The notes: a model not told the origin generated them from the letters alone. A DNA stretch of 38,890 bases from a virus (IMGVR_UViG_3300033067_001880:1-38890), one strand, 5' to 3'. Positions 16,973 through 24,980 are shown, counted from the stretch's first letter. Numbers and translations are program-made.

Positions 16973-17340
16973 CACTTCACCTCCTCAATCTTATGCTTCG
17001 TTTTGTCGGTTAGGTTGAGGGTGATTTTGACGTAGCCAGCAGCGTCATGCATGTTGTATCTTGCTGATTCTAGCAGTTTTTCGGGAATATCTAGTCCGAA
17101 GTCTGGGCTATACCCAGCATACTCGACAATCACCCCATCTTCCGGCTTTTTCTCAATGGCGATGATGTCGAGGTTAGATGATTTTTTGTCCGCGTTCCAA
17201 TGGCCGTTGTTGTTCCATGCGCTAACCGGCCATCCCATCAAGCAAATTATCCCGCCATCATCTTCATACGCCACAATCCTGCTGCCATTTCGCAGCACCA
17301 CGATGTCGCCCGCTTCAATGTCTTTTGTGTTGATGGTCAC
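16972..17340 (-). CDS. Hypothetical phage protein
   Basis: GTG start MTINTKDIEAGDIVVLRNG...WNNNG...LDII. Confidence 0.6.
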   Translation of the reverse strand: MTINTKDIEAGDIVVLRNGSRIVAYEDDGGIICLMGWPVSAWNNNGHWNADKKSSNLDIIAIEKKPEDGVIVEYAGYSPDFGLDIPEKLLESARYNMHDAAGYVKITLNLTDKTKHKIEEVK

Positions 17341-17501
17341 ACTTCTCTCCCTTGGTTTGCTCGTCTGCTTCTTTCTTCGTCTACCTTGTGCTGCCACGCC
17401 TTTTCGTCCTCGCAGGCGTTCTTCTCAACCGCCATGCCAAGCACTGCCCCAAAGCTGACGCACAGGGCTTTGATGATTAAACTTCTCTCTTTTCTTTCCA
17501 T
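17337..17501 (-). CDS. Small protein with hydrophobic segment, 54 aa (not in track)
   Basis: MERKERSLIIKALCVSFGAVLGMAVEK...; GTGA coupling to the next gene. Confidence 0.5.
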   Translation of the reverse strand: MERKERSLIIKALCVSFGAVLGMAVEKNACEDEKAWQHKVDEERSRRANQGREV

Positions 17502-17569
17502 CGTTTCATCTCAATCACACAGCTACGCTTAGGACACCAAAATGCGTGCCACCACCAGAACCACCACAT
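17477..17569 (-). CDS. Trp-rich micro-ORF, 30 aa
   Basis: TAATG-coupled; MWWFWWWHAFWCPKRSCVIEMKRWKEKREV. Confidence 0.4.
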   Translation of the reverse strand: MWWFWWWHAFWCPKRSCVIEMKRWKEKREV

Positions 17570-17883
17570 TAGAACGTCCCCCATTCTTGTTTGTCTGATG
17601 GGCTGTAGTAGCTCATCTCCGCAAACGCCAATTCGCTGCGGCATTCACGCTCGAACGTAATCAGCTCATCGCTTGTTACTGGTACAAAATCCTCATCGTT
17701 CGCCCATTCATCCGTCGGGCAAATCGAAAGCTGCACAATATCTGGCAATGCAAACTCGTGGTCAGGGTCAGCAAACTTTTCGACAAGCTGGTTGCATAGT
17801 TTGTCAAGCACTTCCTCGCGGGTTTTGCCCTTGGATTGCGTTGACCATTCACCGCTGTAGTTAAGTGTGATGTTAGCGAGCAT
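17569..17883 (-). CDS. Acidic hypothetical protein, 104 aa
   Basis: Start revised to MLANIT; 22 D/E vs 8 K/R by hand count. Confidence 0.6.
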   Translation of the reverse strand: MLANITLNYSGEWSTQSKGKTREEVLDKLCNQLVEKFADPDHEFALPDIVQLSICPTDEWANDEDFVPVTSDELITFERECRSELAFAEMSYYSPSDKQEWGTF

Positions 17884-18028
17884 TGGCAACCGCCCTTCCA
17901 AAAACAAACGCTGGGAATAATAAAGCGGCAATCCATGGGCTTTGATAATACTGGGCCGCAACCGGAACCCACGCTGCCCACATTAAATCCCAAAGACTAT
18001 ATTGCATTGTGAATAGAAAATTTCTCAT
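17873..18028 (-). CDS. Small membrane protein, 51 aa (not in track)
   Basis: MRNFLFTMQYSLWDLMWAAWVPVAAQYYQSPWIAALLFPAFVFGRAVANAR; ATGA coupling. Confidence 0.5.
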   Translation of the reverse strand: MRNFLFTMQYSLWDLMWAAWVPVAAQYYQSPWIAALLFPAFVFGRAVANAR

Positions 18029-18240
18029 TGCATCCTCGCGTGCGTGTTAAGTGTTCGGCAGCTTTCGGGCGATACGAGGTGCGACTTTTCTGCTGCGCAC
18101 CACACCATCAGCCGCATCATCGCATCCACCTCGCAACGGCATGTATGCGTATCGCCGTTATTGTCGATTATGGTGATGCACGCCGTAGTGTCCGGCGCAT
18201 CAATATCCCCCCAAATAGTAAATCCTGCTATCTTGGTCAT
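18025..18240 (-). CDS. Hypothetical protein
   Basis: 71 aa, SD AAGGAG, ATGA overlap. Confidence 0.6.
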   Translation of the reverse strand: MTKIAGFTIWGDIDAPDTTACITIIDNNGDTHTCRCEVDAMMRLMVWCAAEKSHLVSPESCRTLNTHARMQ

Positions 18241-18449
18241 TTCTTTGCTCCTTCCAGCGCGTCCAGAAAGTCCGGCTGCTTCATGCCCATGGCAGTTGCC
18301 AGCTCAGCGCTAAACTTGTTGTGATCGCGGATGTCGCTGAGCACTATTCTCTGCGCTTGGCTCACTGCCAATTCCGCGCCGAACAGCGCGCCAAACATAA
18401 ACAGCGCTATCCATAGGATTATATCTGTGCCTTGCTTTTTCATTTTCAA
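18237..18449 (-). CDS. Small membrane protein
   Basis: N-terminal TM helix IILWIALFMFGALFGAELAV; start may be ATG 18443. Confidence 0.6.
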   Translation of the reverse strand: MKMKKQGTDIILWIALFMFGALFGAELAVSQAQRIVLSDIRDHNKFSAELATAMGMKQPDFLDALEGAKK

Positions 18450-18466
18450 TCTCCGTTATATTCCAT

Positions 18467-18733
18467 TCAATGCGTGCTAGGGTTGACATTTGCTAACCTG
18501 ATAATCGCGGCTACCGTCGGGCTTTTGATGCTGTAGAAAATCTGCTTACCAGCGCGGCGAGCTTTCAAAATATCCGCTTGCTTTAGTCGCGCCAGCGCTT
18601 GCGATAATGCTGGCTGCGATAGGCTGCCAAGCTTATCGTTTAGCTGCGTGACATTCATCTCCGGCGTTTCCATCAAAAATTGCACGATAGAAAGTCGCAC
18701 AGGATGACTGAGTGCTTTGAAATATTTGTTCAC
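18467..18733 (-). CDS. ArsR/SmtB-family winged-HTH regulator (NolR/BigR/HlyU-like, Cys-free)
   Basis: FKALSHPVRLSIVQFL...EMNVTQL...LSQPALSQALARLK...ARRAGKQIFYSI; GTG start with GGAGG. Confidence 0.85.
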   Translation of the reverse strand: MNKYFKALSHPVRLSIVQFLMETPEMNVTQLNDKLGSLSQPALSQALARLKQADILKARRAGKQIFYSIKSPTVAAIIRLANVNPSTH

Positions 18734-18734
18734 C

Positions 18735-18887
18735 TTAACCTCCATGCCGTTGGTTATAATCTTGGTCAATGTGCGCCTTTGCGTTTTGCAGAACGACGCG
18801 GTTTTCAATCGCAATCGTTAGCATCAACGTGCCAGCAACGAGAATCGCCGCGATGAGAATCAGAACAAATCCATCTTGGTTTTTCAT
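18735..18887 (-). CDS. 50-aa membrane peptide with prepilin-like N-terminus (not in track)
   Basis: MKNQDG|FVLILIAAILVAGTLMLTIAI...; SD GGAGAG; first gene after the leftward promoter. Confidence 0.6.
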   Translation of the reverse strand: MKNQDGFVLILIAAILVAGTLMLTIAIENRVVLQNAKAHIDQDYNQRHGG

Positions 18888-18897
18888 GTCGCTCTCC

Positions 18898-18968
18898 GTT
18901 GTTGACATCACAGGTTTATCACAGTAGAATGATATTCGTCAACAACTAAATCACAGGAAAATCACTTT
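18898..18968. promoter_or_regulatory. Overlapping opposed promoters with ATCAC operator repeats
   Basis: Plus TTGACA(18902)-N17-TAGAAT; minus TTGACG; inverted repeat GTTGTTGAC/GTCAACAAC; ATCAC at 18907, 18918, 18950, 18961. Confidence 0.75.
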
Positions 18969-18969
18969 T

Positions 18970-19137
18970 ATGGGAAAAAAGATGCAAGATATTGAAAACG
19001 ATGTACATATTGACCTTAGAACGACGAAGGACATCCGCAAACGGATGCGTTTGGCAGCCAGGGCAGATGGGTCGCACACTATTTCTGCGTGGTTGCGCCG
19101 CGTGATAGTGGAAGCACTGACGAAAGCTGGGTTTTAG
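18970..19137 (+). CDS. Ribbon-helix-helix (Arc/CopG-like) repressor, 55 aa (not in track)
   Basis: VHIDLRTTKDIRKRMRLAARADGSHTISAWLRRVIVEAL; downstream of a near-consensus promoter. Confidence 0.7.
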   Translation: MGKKMQDIENDVHIDLRTTKDIRKRMRLAARADGSHTISAWLRRVIVEALTKAGF

Positions 19138-19441
19138 CGTCGCTCAGGCCATAGGCTACCGAATAATAGGTATTGCGGGCGACTGGCTTCATTTCTGTGG
19201 CCCAGCGCTTTTGTGACGGGCTAAGTTTGCCTTTTCTGGTTTTCAGTTCCAGAAAAAACGTGTGCAGCTCAAAATCTTTTGTCCACCACAGAATCAAGTC
19301 CGGGATGCCTTCGCAGTTTCCCATGGCCATATCTTTATAATTGGCCTCGTTCATGGTGGCGTGCACCATCACGTTAGGGTATTCTTTCGTCAGCCATGCA
19401 AACACGGCACGCTGAATGGCTCGCTCTACTTTTTTGGTCAT
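19079..19441 (-). CDS. VRR-NUC domain nuclease
   Basis: ERAIQ...GIPDL...FLELKTRKGKLSPSQKRW PD-(D/E)xK motif. Confidence 0.85.
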   Translation of the reverse strand: MTKKVERAIQRAVFAWLTKEYPNVMVHATMNEANYKDMAMGNCEGIPDLILWWTKDFELHTFFLELKTRKGKLSPSQKRWATEMKPVARNTYYSVAYGLSDAKTQLSSVLPLSRGATTQK

Positions 19442-21048
19442 AGAAACAGAGGTATCTCATCATCTAATTGTTTTACCGTTTCCCATACATATCCTATCAC
19501 CTTTGGAAATTCTCCGCTATGGTCAACTTGAATGCGCGCTGGTTTTTTTAATTGCTCGGCTGAGAATAAAAGCTCATCCATGGTGTAAGTAGCTGGCAGC
19601 GTAATGCCGCGTTTAGCAAAAAAACTCACCACTTTCCCGCGCACAAAATCGTTTGCGTGATATGGTAGCAAGAAATCCGCTATCGTTCCATACTTTCCAT
19701 AATTGCAATGGTACTGCACCACAATCATCTCGTTGCCGTTTTTGCTTTTTTTGGCTTTATACGTCACATCGTCCACATCGTACCATACTGGCGCGGCGCT
19801 ATATACTGGGCTGCCCTCCATGTTTGGCGTCAAATTGTGCTTTACCTTTGGCGGTTCTGGCTCTGGCCACTCATATCCGCAATCGGAACATTGCCGCGCG
19901 GTGGGCGGCGATACGTATTCCTCGCACTCAGGGCATATCTTGCCAAACGGTTCACTCGCTTCTCTTTTTGCTTTTTCGTTGTGTGGCGTTCCTAATCCGC
20001 CATGATCTTGCAGGTTGCCGGTCATATCCACCAACAAGCAGTTTAATTTGTCCGGGTGCATACGCACACCGCGCCCCAACATTTGCTCCCATAGCACTTT
20101 GCTTTTTGTGGGCCGCAAGCAGAATATCGCATCAATCCGTGGCGCATCAAATCCCACCAGCAATATTTCACAATTAATCAAAAAACGAATTTCACCGGCC
20201 CGGAATGCTTCCACCAGCAAATCACGCTCCCATTGCGGCGTTTCGCCGGTTATCATCTCAATCCGATGGCCTGCGAATAAATTGCTATCCAGCATGGCGC
20301 GCAACAGTAAATACGCATGATTGACTGATACGGTAAATATCAAGCAGCTTTTGCGGCCCGCGCTGTATTTCAAAATGGCAGCAATAGATGCAAGTAGTAG
20401 CTCTCCATCTTCCATGATTGCGGCCAGCTGTGATTGCACATAGTCGCCCAGCTTAATGCTTACTTTTTCTAAGTTTGGCGTGACATCCAGCAACAGCTTG
20501 TTACTGAGCGGCGCAAGATAATTTGCTTGCATCAGCGGTTCATATCCGATGCTATAAACAATCTCGCCCCACGATAATTTACCGCCTTGCGTACGCCACG
20601 GCGTTGCGGTCAGCCCTACCATCGGAGGATTGCCGAGTCGCCTGAGTAATGACCAGTATTGCGTTTCGGAATCGTCTTTGTTGTTCGGCAGTAGGTGGCA
20701 CTCATCAACAATTACCAAGCCATAGCTCGGCAATTCTTTCGCGCGGGCAATAGACTGAATGCCTGCGATAGTGACGCCATTATCCGTAAGGCTCTTTTCG
20801 CCTATTGAGGCGCTGTAAAAATGTAAATTTGGCACATTTATTTTGCCCGCAGTCTGTTCAAGCAATTCTTTCCGATGTGCTAAAACAAGTACATTGCGGC
20901 AATCATTATAGTAATGCTCCGCCAGCGCTGCGATAACGTGGGATTTCCCGCTACCAGTCGGCATGTGAATGATAGCGGGAATCTCAGGTTTATAACGCAA
21001 CCAATTAATAGCAGATTCAACTGCCGTCTGCTGGTATTCTCTTAGAAT
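19438..21048 (-). CDS. SF2 DEAD/DEAH helicase (RadD/YejH-like) with C-terminal Zn ribbon; probable ATT start
   Basis: LREYQ Q-motif, PTGSGKS, DECH, TAT, QMLGRGVR, CPEC...CSDCG. Confidence 0.9.
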   Translation of the reverse strand: MLREYQQTAVESAINWLRYKPEIPAIIHMPTGSGKSHVIAALAEHYYNDCRNVLVLAHRKELLEQTAGKINVPNLHFYSASIGEKSLTDNGVTIAGIQSIARAKELPSYGLVIVDECHLLPNNKDDSETQYWSLLRRLGNPPMVGLTATPWRTQGGKLSWGEIVYSIGYEPLMQANYLAPLSNKLLLDVTPNLEKVSIKLGDYVQSQLAAIMEDGELLLASIAAILKYSAGRKSCLIFTVSVNHAYLLLRAMLDSNLFAGHRIEMITGETPQWERDLLVEAFRAGEIRFLINCEILLVGFDAPRIDAIFCLRPTKSKVLWEQMLGRGVRMHPDKLNCLLVDMTGNLQDHGGLGTPHNEKAKREASEPFGKICPECEEYVSPPTARQCSDCGYEWPEPEPPKVKHNLTPNMEGSPVYSAAPVWYDVDDVTYKAKKSKNGNEMIVVQYHCNYGKYGTIADFLLPYHANDFVRGKVVSFFAKRGITLPATYTMDELLFSAEQLKKPARIQVDHSGEFPKVIGYVWETVKQLDDEIPLFL

Positions 21049-21482
21049 GACTCACCTGCCGATGAATGATTTTCCGGCAAATACCGCTTAATTTCGGTAT
21101 AATTTGGGTCTTTTTTCTGCTTCTGCACATCTAGTGTCATCACTCGGCCCTTAAGTGGTGACGTGGGCGTCACGGCTTTCCCGGTAGCATCTGCAATCCG
21201 CCTCAGGTTTTGTTTAGCAATGTTGGCGGTGCGAATAGCATCATCCATTTTTTCACCAGTAATGCCATTCTTTTGCGCCCATACATCTTGTAGCGAGTTA
21301 ATCCATTGCTTCCCGCGCTTGCCCTTGTTGGGTCCATCAAGCACCTCATATTCTGCAACAGTACCCTTACCATTTTTTTCTGGCTCCTCGCCCACAATCA
21401 TGGCCTTATAGATTCCGACCGGCAACCCTTTGCCATCCAGTTCTACATCGTCTGTCGTTTCAATTCCGTATAGATTCGTCAT
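21042..21482 (-). CDS. DUF669-like single-stranded DNA-binding protein
   Basis: LPVGIYKAMI...YEVLDGPNKG; follows the Sak4-like ATPase. Confidence 0.7.
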   Translation of the reverse strand: MTNLYGIETTDDVELDGKGLPVGIYKAMIVGEEPEKNGKGTVAEYEVLDGPNKGKRGKQWINSLQDVWAQKNGITGEKMDDAIRTANIAKQNLRRIADATGKAVTPTSPLKGRVMTLDVQKQKKDPNYTEIKRYLPENHSSAGESF

Positions 21483-22210
21483 TTTGTTACCTCTTTTGTC
21501 AGTTGTTCATAGTTCAATGGTATTTCCTTGGATATTAGCATCCTCCCGCCCCCAGTATAGGCTGCGCTTCCACCCGCAAGGAAAACAGGTTTCGGCTCGG
21601 ATGTTTTTCCGTCTTTAGTTACTGCAAATACATAGTCCGCAAACAATACTAAATCCGCCCATTCCGTTGCTTTCGCGGCCACACCCTTGGACGTTTTCAG
21701 TTCGTACTTAGAATACGGGTCTTTTGTCGGAAGGTCTATGGTTTTAATGACGCTATGCGCAATAATTAGCGATGGAATCCCACGTTTTTTATAGATGGCA
21801 TCCAACGCCCGAAAAATACGAAACACTTGCTCGTCTACCATTGCTTGACCTGCACCATACGCATATGGCTTATGTGCTCGGTCAGTTAGCGGCGCGCCAT
21901 TTTCCTTTTCGATTTTTTCGCGTGCCAGATTTTCGGCCCAGTCAAGCGAGTCAATCACAATGCGCCCGGCCTTGAATGCGTCGTTGCTGTGGATGTGGTT
22001 TAGCCACGCAATAACGTCGTCAAAACTGGTAAGTGTAGGCGTCGCCCGCACCTCTTTCCCAATGTAATTAAGGCCACCCTCAATGTCGATAAAAAAGGCG
22101 TCAGGAAATTGTGCGGCAAAACGGCTTTTGCCTATTTTGGGAACGCCAAACACTACCAGCTTGCCCGGCATTTGTTTCGATGTGCCTGTTTTTGTTTCGG
22201 TGAATTCCAT
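21479..22210 (-). CDS. AAA_24 / Sak4-like ATPase recombinase
   Basis: GVPKIGKS Walker A, FIDIEGG, IVIDSLDWAE, LIIAHS, EWADLVLFA. Confidence 0.85.
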   Translation of the reverse strand: MEFTETKTGTSKQMPGKLVVFGVPKIGKSRFAAQFPDAFFIDIEGGLNYIGKEVRATPTLTSFDDVIAWLNHIHSNDAFKAGRIVIDSLDWAENLAREKIEKENGAPLTDRAHKPYAYGAGQAMVDEQVFRIFRALDAIYKKRGIPSLIIAHSVIKTIDLPTKDPYSKYELKTSKGVAAKATEWADLVLFADYVFAVTKDGKTSEPKPVFLAGGSAAYTGGGRMLISKEIPLNYEQLTKEVTK

Positions 22211-22219
22211 GCTTTTCTC

Positions 22220-22864
22220 CTATGCAGCTATGTAAAGTTGTGGCAGATTTTGCAGCTTGTTATAAATTTTCATAAAATTATTATGATAATCGGTGTACAT
22301 GATTTTTTCTTTTTCCAATTTCTTTTCCAGCGCTAAAATATCTTGTTCTATTCGAGCGTGTATTTGTTTGGATTTTTCTATATATTCTGCCTTGTAAGAA
22401 TTATCATTGCGCTCAATAATTTGAGCTAACCTTTTTTTATTTAAAAAATGGTTATCGAGGATGTCATATTTTGCAAATAAAAAACAAGACGTTTCATAAT
22501 CGGCGGTGCCCACTAAAAAACTTTTTAAGTTCATAATTTGTTTTGCTTTGTCGCGCGTACATTCTTCAACAAAATACTTCAAATTTTTTAGTTTATAAAT
22601 AATATCTCTTCGCAATTCATCTGACTTTTGCCAAAGAATGTGAATTTTCCCGCAATCTATATATTTATCTTCACCCCCCCAATAATAATTTACGCTCCCC
22701 CACAAAACGCCACGCTCTTCCAATGTTTCTCTGTCCAAGTATGGCTCGCGCTTTATCTGCCGAAAAATAGAAAGCGACATTTGTTTGTTATTTACTTTAA
22801 TTGCGGTTAATTCGACGCTCATCGTGGCAAGCGATGCTTCCTTTATGGTTACAACCTTTTCCAT
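22220..22864 (-). CDS. Hypothetical phage protein, AT-rich
   Basis: 214 aa with SD AGGAG; KQMSLSIFRQI...WGSVNY...HILWQ...LPQLYIA. Confidence 0.7.
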   Translation of the reverse strand: MEKVVTIKEASLATMSVELTAIKVNNKQMSLSIFRQIKREPYLDRETLEERGVLWGSVNYYWGGEDKYIDCGKIHILWQKSDELRRDIIYKLKNLKYFVEECTRDKAKQIMNLKSFLVGTADYETSCFLFAKYDILDNHFLNKKRLAQIIERNDNSYKAEYIEKSKQIHARIEQDILALEKKLEKEKIMYTDYHNNFMKIYNKLQNLPQLYIAA

Positions 22865-22865
22865 G

Positions 22866-23240
22866 CTATGCCTCTCCCTTAATGTGAATATGTTTGTTTT
22901 CCTGAATCGTGTGCCAATTTGCCTGCGGACGCTCTGCCGCTATCTTGCGCTTGTCAGGCTCGCGGGTGACCTTAATGCGAGCATATTCGTCTGGATATTC
23001 GCCCGACACATCCACAATCGTTGTCGTTTGCAGCTTAAAGCGCTCGCTTTCCACAATGCCGTTGCCTGTCAAATAATCCAAGCACGCCTGCTCAATTTCT
23101 TCCAACGATTTCGCCGCAGCGTTACGCTTTCCTTGCAGTGCGCGCGCTTCGCTGGCATAATCTTCTACCCGTTTGCGCGCGTCAATTAACATCGTGTATA
23201 AATAGTTTTCTTCCTCTTCATTCGTCATCGTCATAGTCAT
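22866..23240 (-). CDS. Siphovirus Gp157-like protein
   Basis: Coiled coil followed by YPDEYARIKVTREPDKRKI; upstream of Sak4. Confidence 0.7.
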   Translation of the reverse strand: MTMTMTNEEEENYLYTMLIDARKRVEDYASEARALQGKRNAAAKSLEEIEQACLDYLTGNGIVESERFKLQTTTIVDVSGEYPDEYARIKVTREPDKRKIAAERPQANWHTIQENKHIHIKGEA

Positions 23241-23253
23241 CTCCGTTTAATAG

Positions 23254-23294
23254 TTGACACGACAATTCATAATGTGCCATTGTGTAACTGTCAA
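23254..23294. promoter_or_regulatory. Overlapping opposed promoters
   Basis: Plus TTGACA 23254-23259; minus TTGACA (23289-23294)-N17-TATGAA; between divergent genes. Confidence 0.6.
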
Positions 23295-23311
23295 ATAAAA
23301 AGTGAGGGTAT

Positions 23312-23455
23312 ATGCGCAATTTATGTGAAAGGGTGGTAAGCCACGTTTCTGTGGCTTTGCGGCTAAAGGTGCAGGAGGAAGCTAAAAAGCTGGGGATGAC
23401 GGAAAGCACGTTTGTTCGTTTTGCTTTGATGTTTTATTTTAGAAATGCGCGGTGA
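23312..23455 (+). CDS. Ribbon-helix-helix (CopG-like) protein, 47 aa (not in track)
   Basis: RVVSHVSVALRLKVQEEAKKLGMTESTFVRFAL; SD GAGGG; directly upstream of the replication helicase. Confidence 0.7.
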   Translation: MRNLCERVVSHVSVALRLKVQEEAKKLGMTESTFVRFALMFYFRNAR

Positions 23456-23458
23456 TCC

Positions 23459-24766
23459 ATGTCGCAATTTATTCAGGACGGCAAACCCCATCCTTATGGC
23501 GATGATGGTTCGTACTACATTGCTTACCCTTATGGGCGCGTTATTATTCGCGATAAATATGGCGAATCGAAGGTTATCGAGGATTCGCCCGTCCCTGTTG
23601 CGCATGGATTGGTCGGCGAAATAGCGGATTGGATTACCGAAACCGCTATCCGGCCACAGCCGCTTTTATCATTGGTTGCAGCTCTTGCTTTTGTCGGCAT
23701 GCTTAAGGGGCACCGTGTTCGCGGTTATACAGACCTTCGCACCAATTTGCTGATTATGTCGCTCGCACCCACAGCGGCAGGCAAAGAGCACCCGCAGAAT
23801 TGTTTGAAGCGGCTGGCCGCAGCCGCAGGCGTTAAGGGCAATTTAATGGGCGAGCCTGTAAGTGGTGCCGGGTTTTTGACTGGTCTGAATAAGTGCGGGC
23901 GTGTTGGCTTACTTATTATGGATGAGATGGGACGCTATTTAGCGAATATTTCCAGCAAGAATTCTGGCGGGTTCCAGCGTGAAATTGTTGATTATATGAT
24001 TAAGACGTTTAGCTGTGCTAATTCGACATTGTATGGCCGCCAATATGCGAATGAAAAAATAAACCCCACGATAAACATTGATTACCCGCATTTCTGTTGT
24101 CTTGGCTCTACCGTTGTCGAACGATTCAGGGCAGCGTGCAGCAGCACAGAAATTATAGATGGATTTCTCAACCGATGGCTTGTTTTCCATGTTGAAGGCA
24201 GGCCAGAGCGCCAGCAGAAGGTAAAATTTTCAGAGCCGCCCGAGGCGCTCGTCGCGCAGGTGCGCGTCCTTGTTGCTGAATCACCTTACGATGCGTATGG
24301 CGAGCCAAAACCAAAGCGGGTTGTTTTCACGCCCGAAGCATGGGATGCGTATAAAGAATATCGCACCAACATTGATTTACTTGTTGCCGCCTCAAAGCCG
24401 CCGATTGACGCGCTATATTCGCGCATTCCAGAACAAGTGGAAAAGGTGGCCTTGACGATGGCTGGGGATGGGTGTATAGTGATGGAAGATTTGCGGTTTG
24501 CGATTTCTTTGGTAGAATTATCAAGGAAGTCTGTGCTGCGTTTTGTTGACCTTGTTTCTGACAATATCCACGAACAGGACTTTATAAGGGTTCGTGAAAT
24601 TATTAAGGAAGCGAAAACGATAAAACGAAGCGCTCTCTACCGCAAGTCGCAATTTGTCCAAGGCGGCGCTCGTAGGTTGAGTGAGATTATAACCACCCTT
24701 AAAGATGAGGATATGGTTGTAGAGCGTACCGAGGGCAACTGTATTTTTTATGACTTTGCAATGTAA
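23459..24766 (+). CDS. DUF3987-type replicative helicase/initiator with C-terminal winged helix; no primase domain
   Basis: GLVGEIADWI...RPQPLLSL...RTNL...APTAAGKE, LLIMDEMG, DGFLNRWL. Confidence 0.8.
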   Translation: MSQFIQDGKPHPYGDDGSYYIAYPYGRVIIRDKYGESKVIEDSPVPVAHGLVGEIADWITETAIRPQPLLSLVAALAFVGMLKGHRVRGYTDLRTNLLIMSLAPTAAGKEHPQNCLKRLAAAAGVKGNLMGEPVSGAGFLTGLNKCGRVGLLIMDEMGRYLANISSKNSGGFQREIVDYMIKTFSCANSTLYGRQYANEKINPTINIDYPHFCCLGSTVVERFRAACSSTEIIDGFLNRWLVFHVEGRPERQQKVKFSEPPEALVAQVRVLVAESPYDAYGEPKPKRVVFTPEAWDAYKEYRTNIDLLVAASKPPIDALYSRIPEQVEKVALTMAGDGCIVMEDLRFAISLVELSRKSVLRFVDLVSDNIHEQDFIRVREIIKEAKTIKRSALYRKSQFVQGGARRLSEIITTLKDEDMVVERTEGNCIFYDFAM

Positions 24767-24980
24767 TACATGAGCTTAAATGCAAAGTTAAATGTAAAGT
24801 AACTTCCTGAAAATACACACAAAAACCGACATTGCATGACTTTGCATGTGGTGTGCCTCTATATATATAGTTAGTATATTTATTAGTATAGTAATGTAAT
24901 GTATGTAAAGTATAATATAATATATATAATACAATATAATAGAATACATTTTAGATTACATTTACCTTGCTACATTGCAT
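24753..24980. other. Putative replication origin: iterons plus AT-rich core
   Basis: ATGYAAWGT forward at 24780, 24792, 24894, 24903 and reverse at 24829, 24839, 24972, with variants at 24753 and 24953; AT-rich stretches between. Confidence 0.75.

Noticed and set aside
24753-24980. CRISPR-like array, or the 68-aa ORF at 24899
   Set aside because: Repeats are 9-mers in both orientations without unique spacers; the ORF is low-complexity origin sequence.
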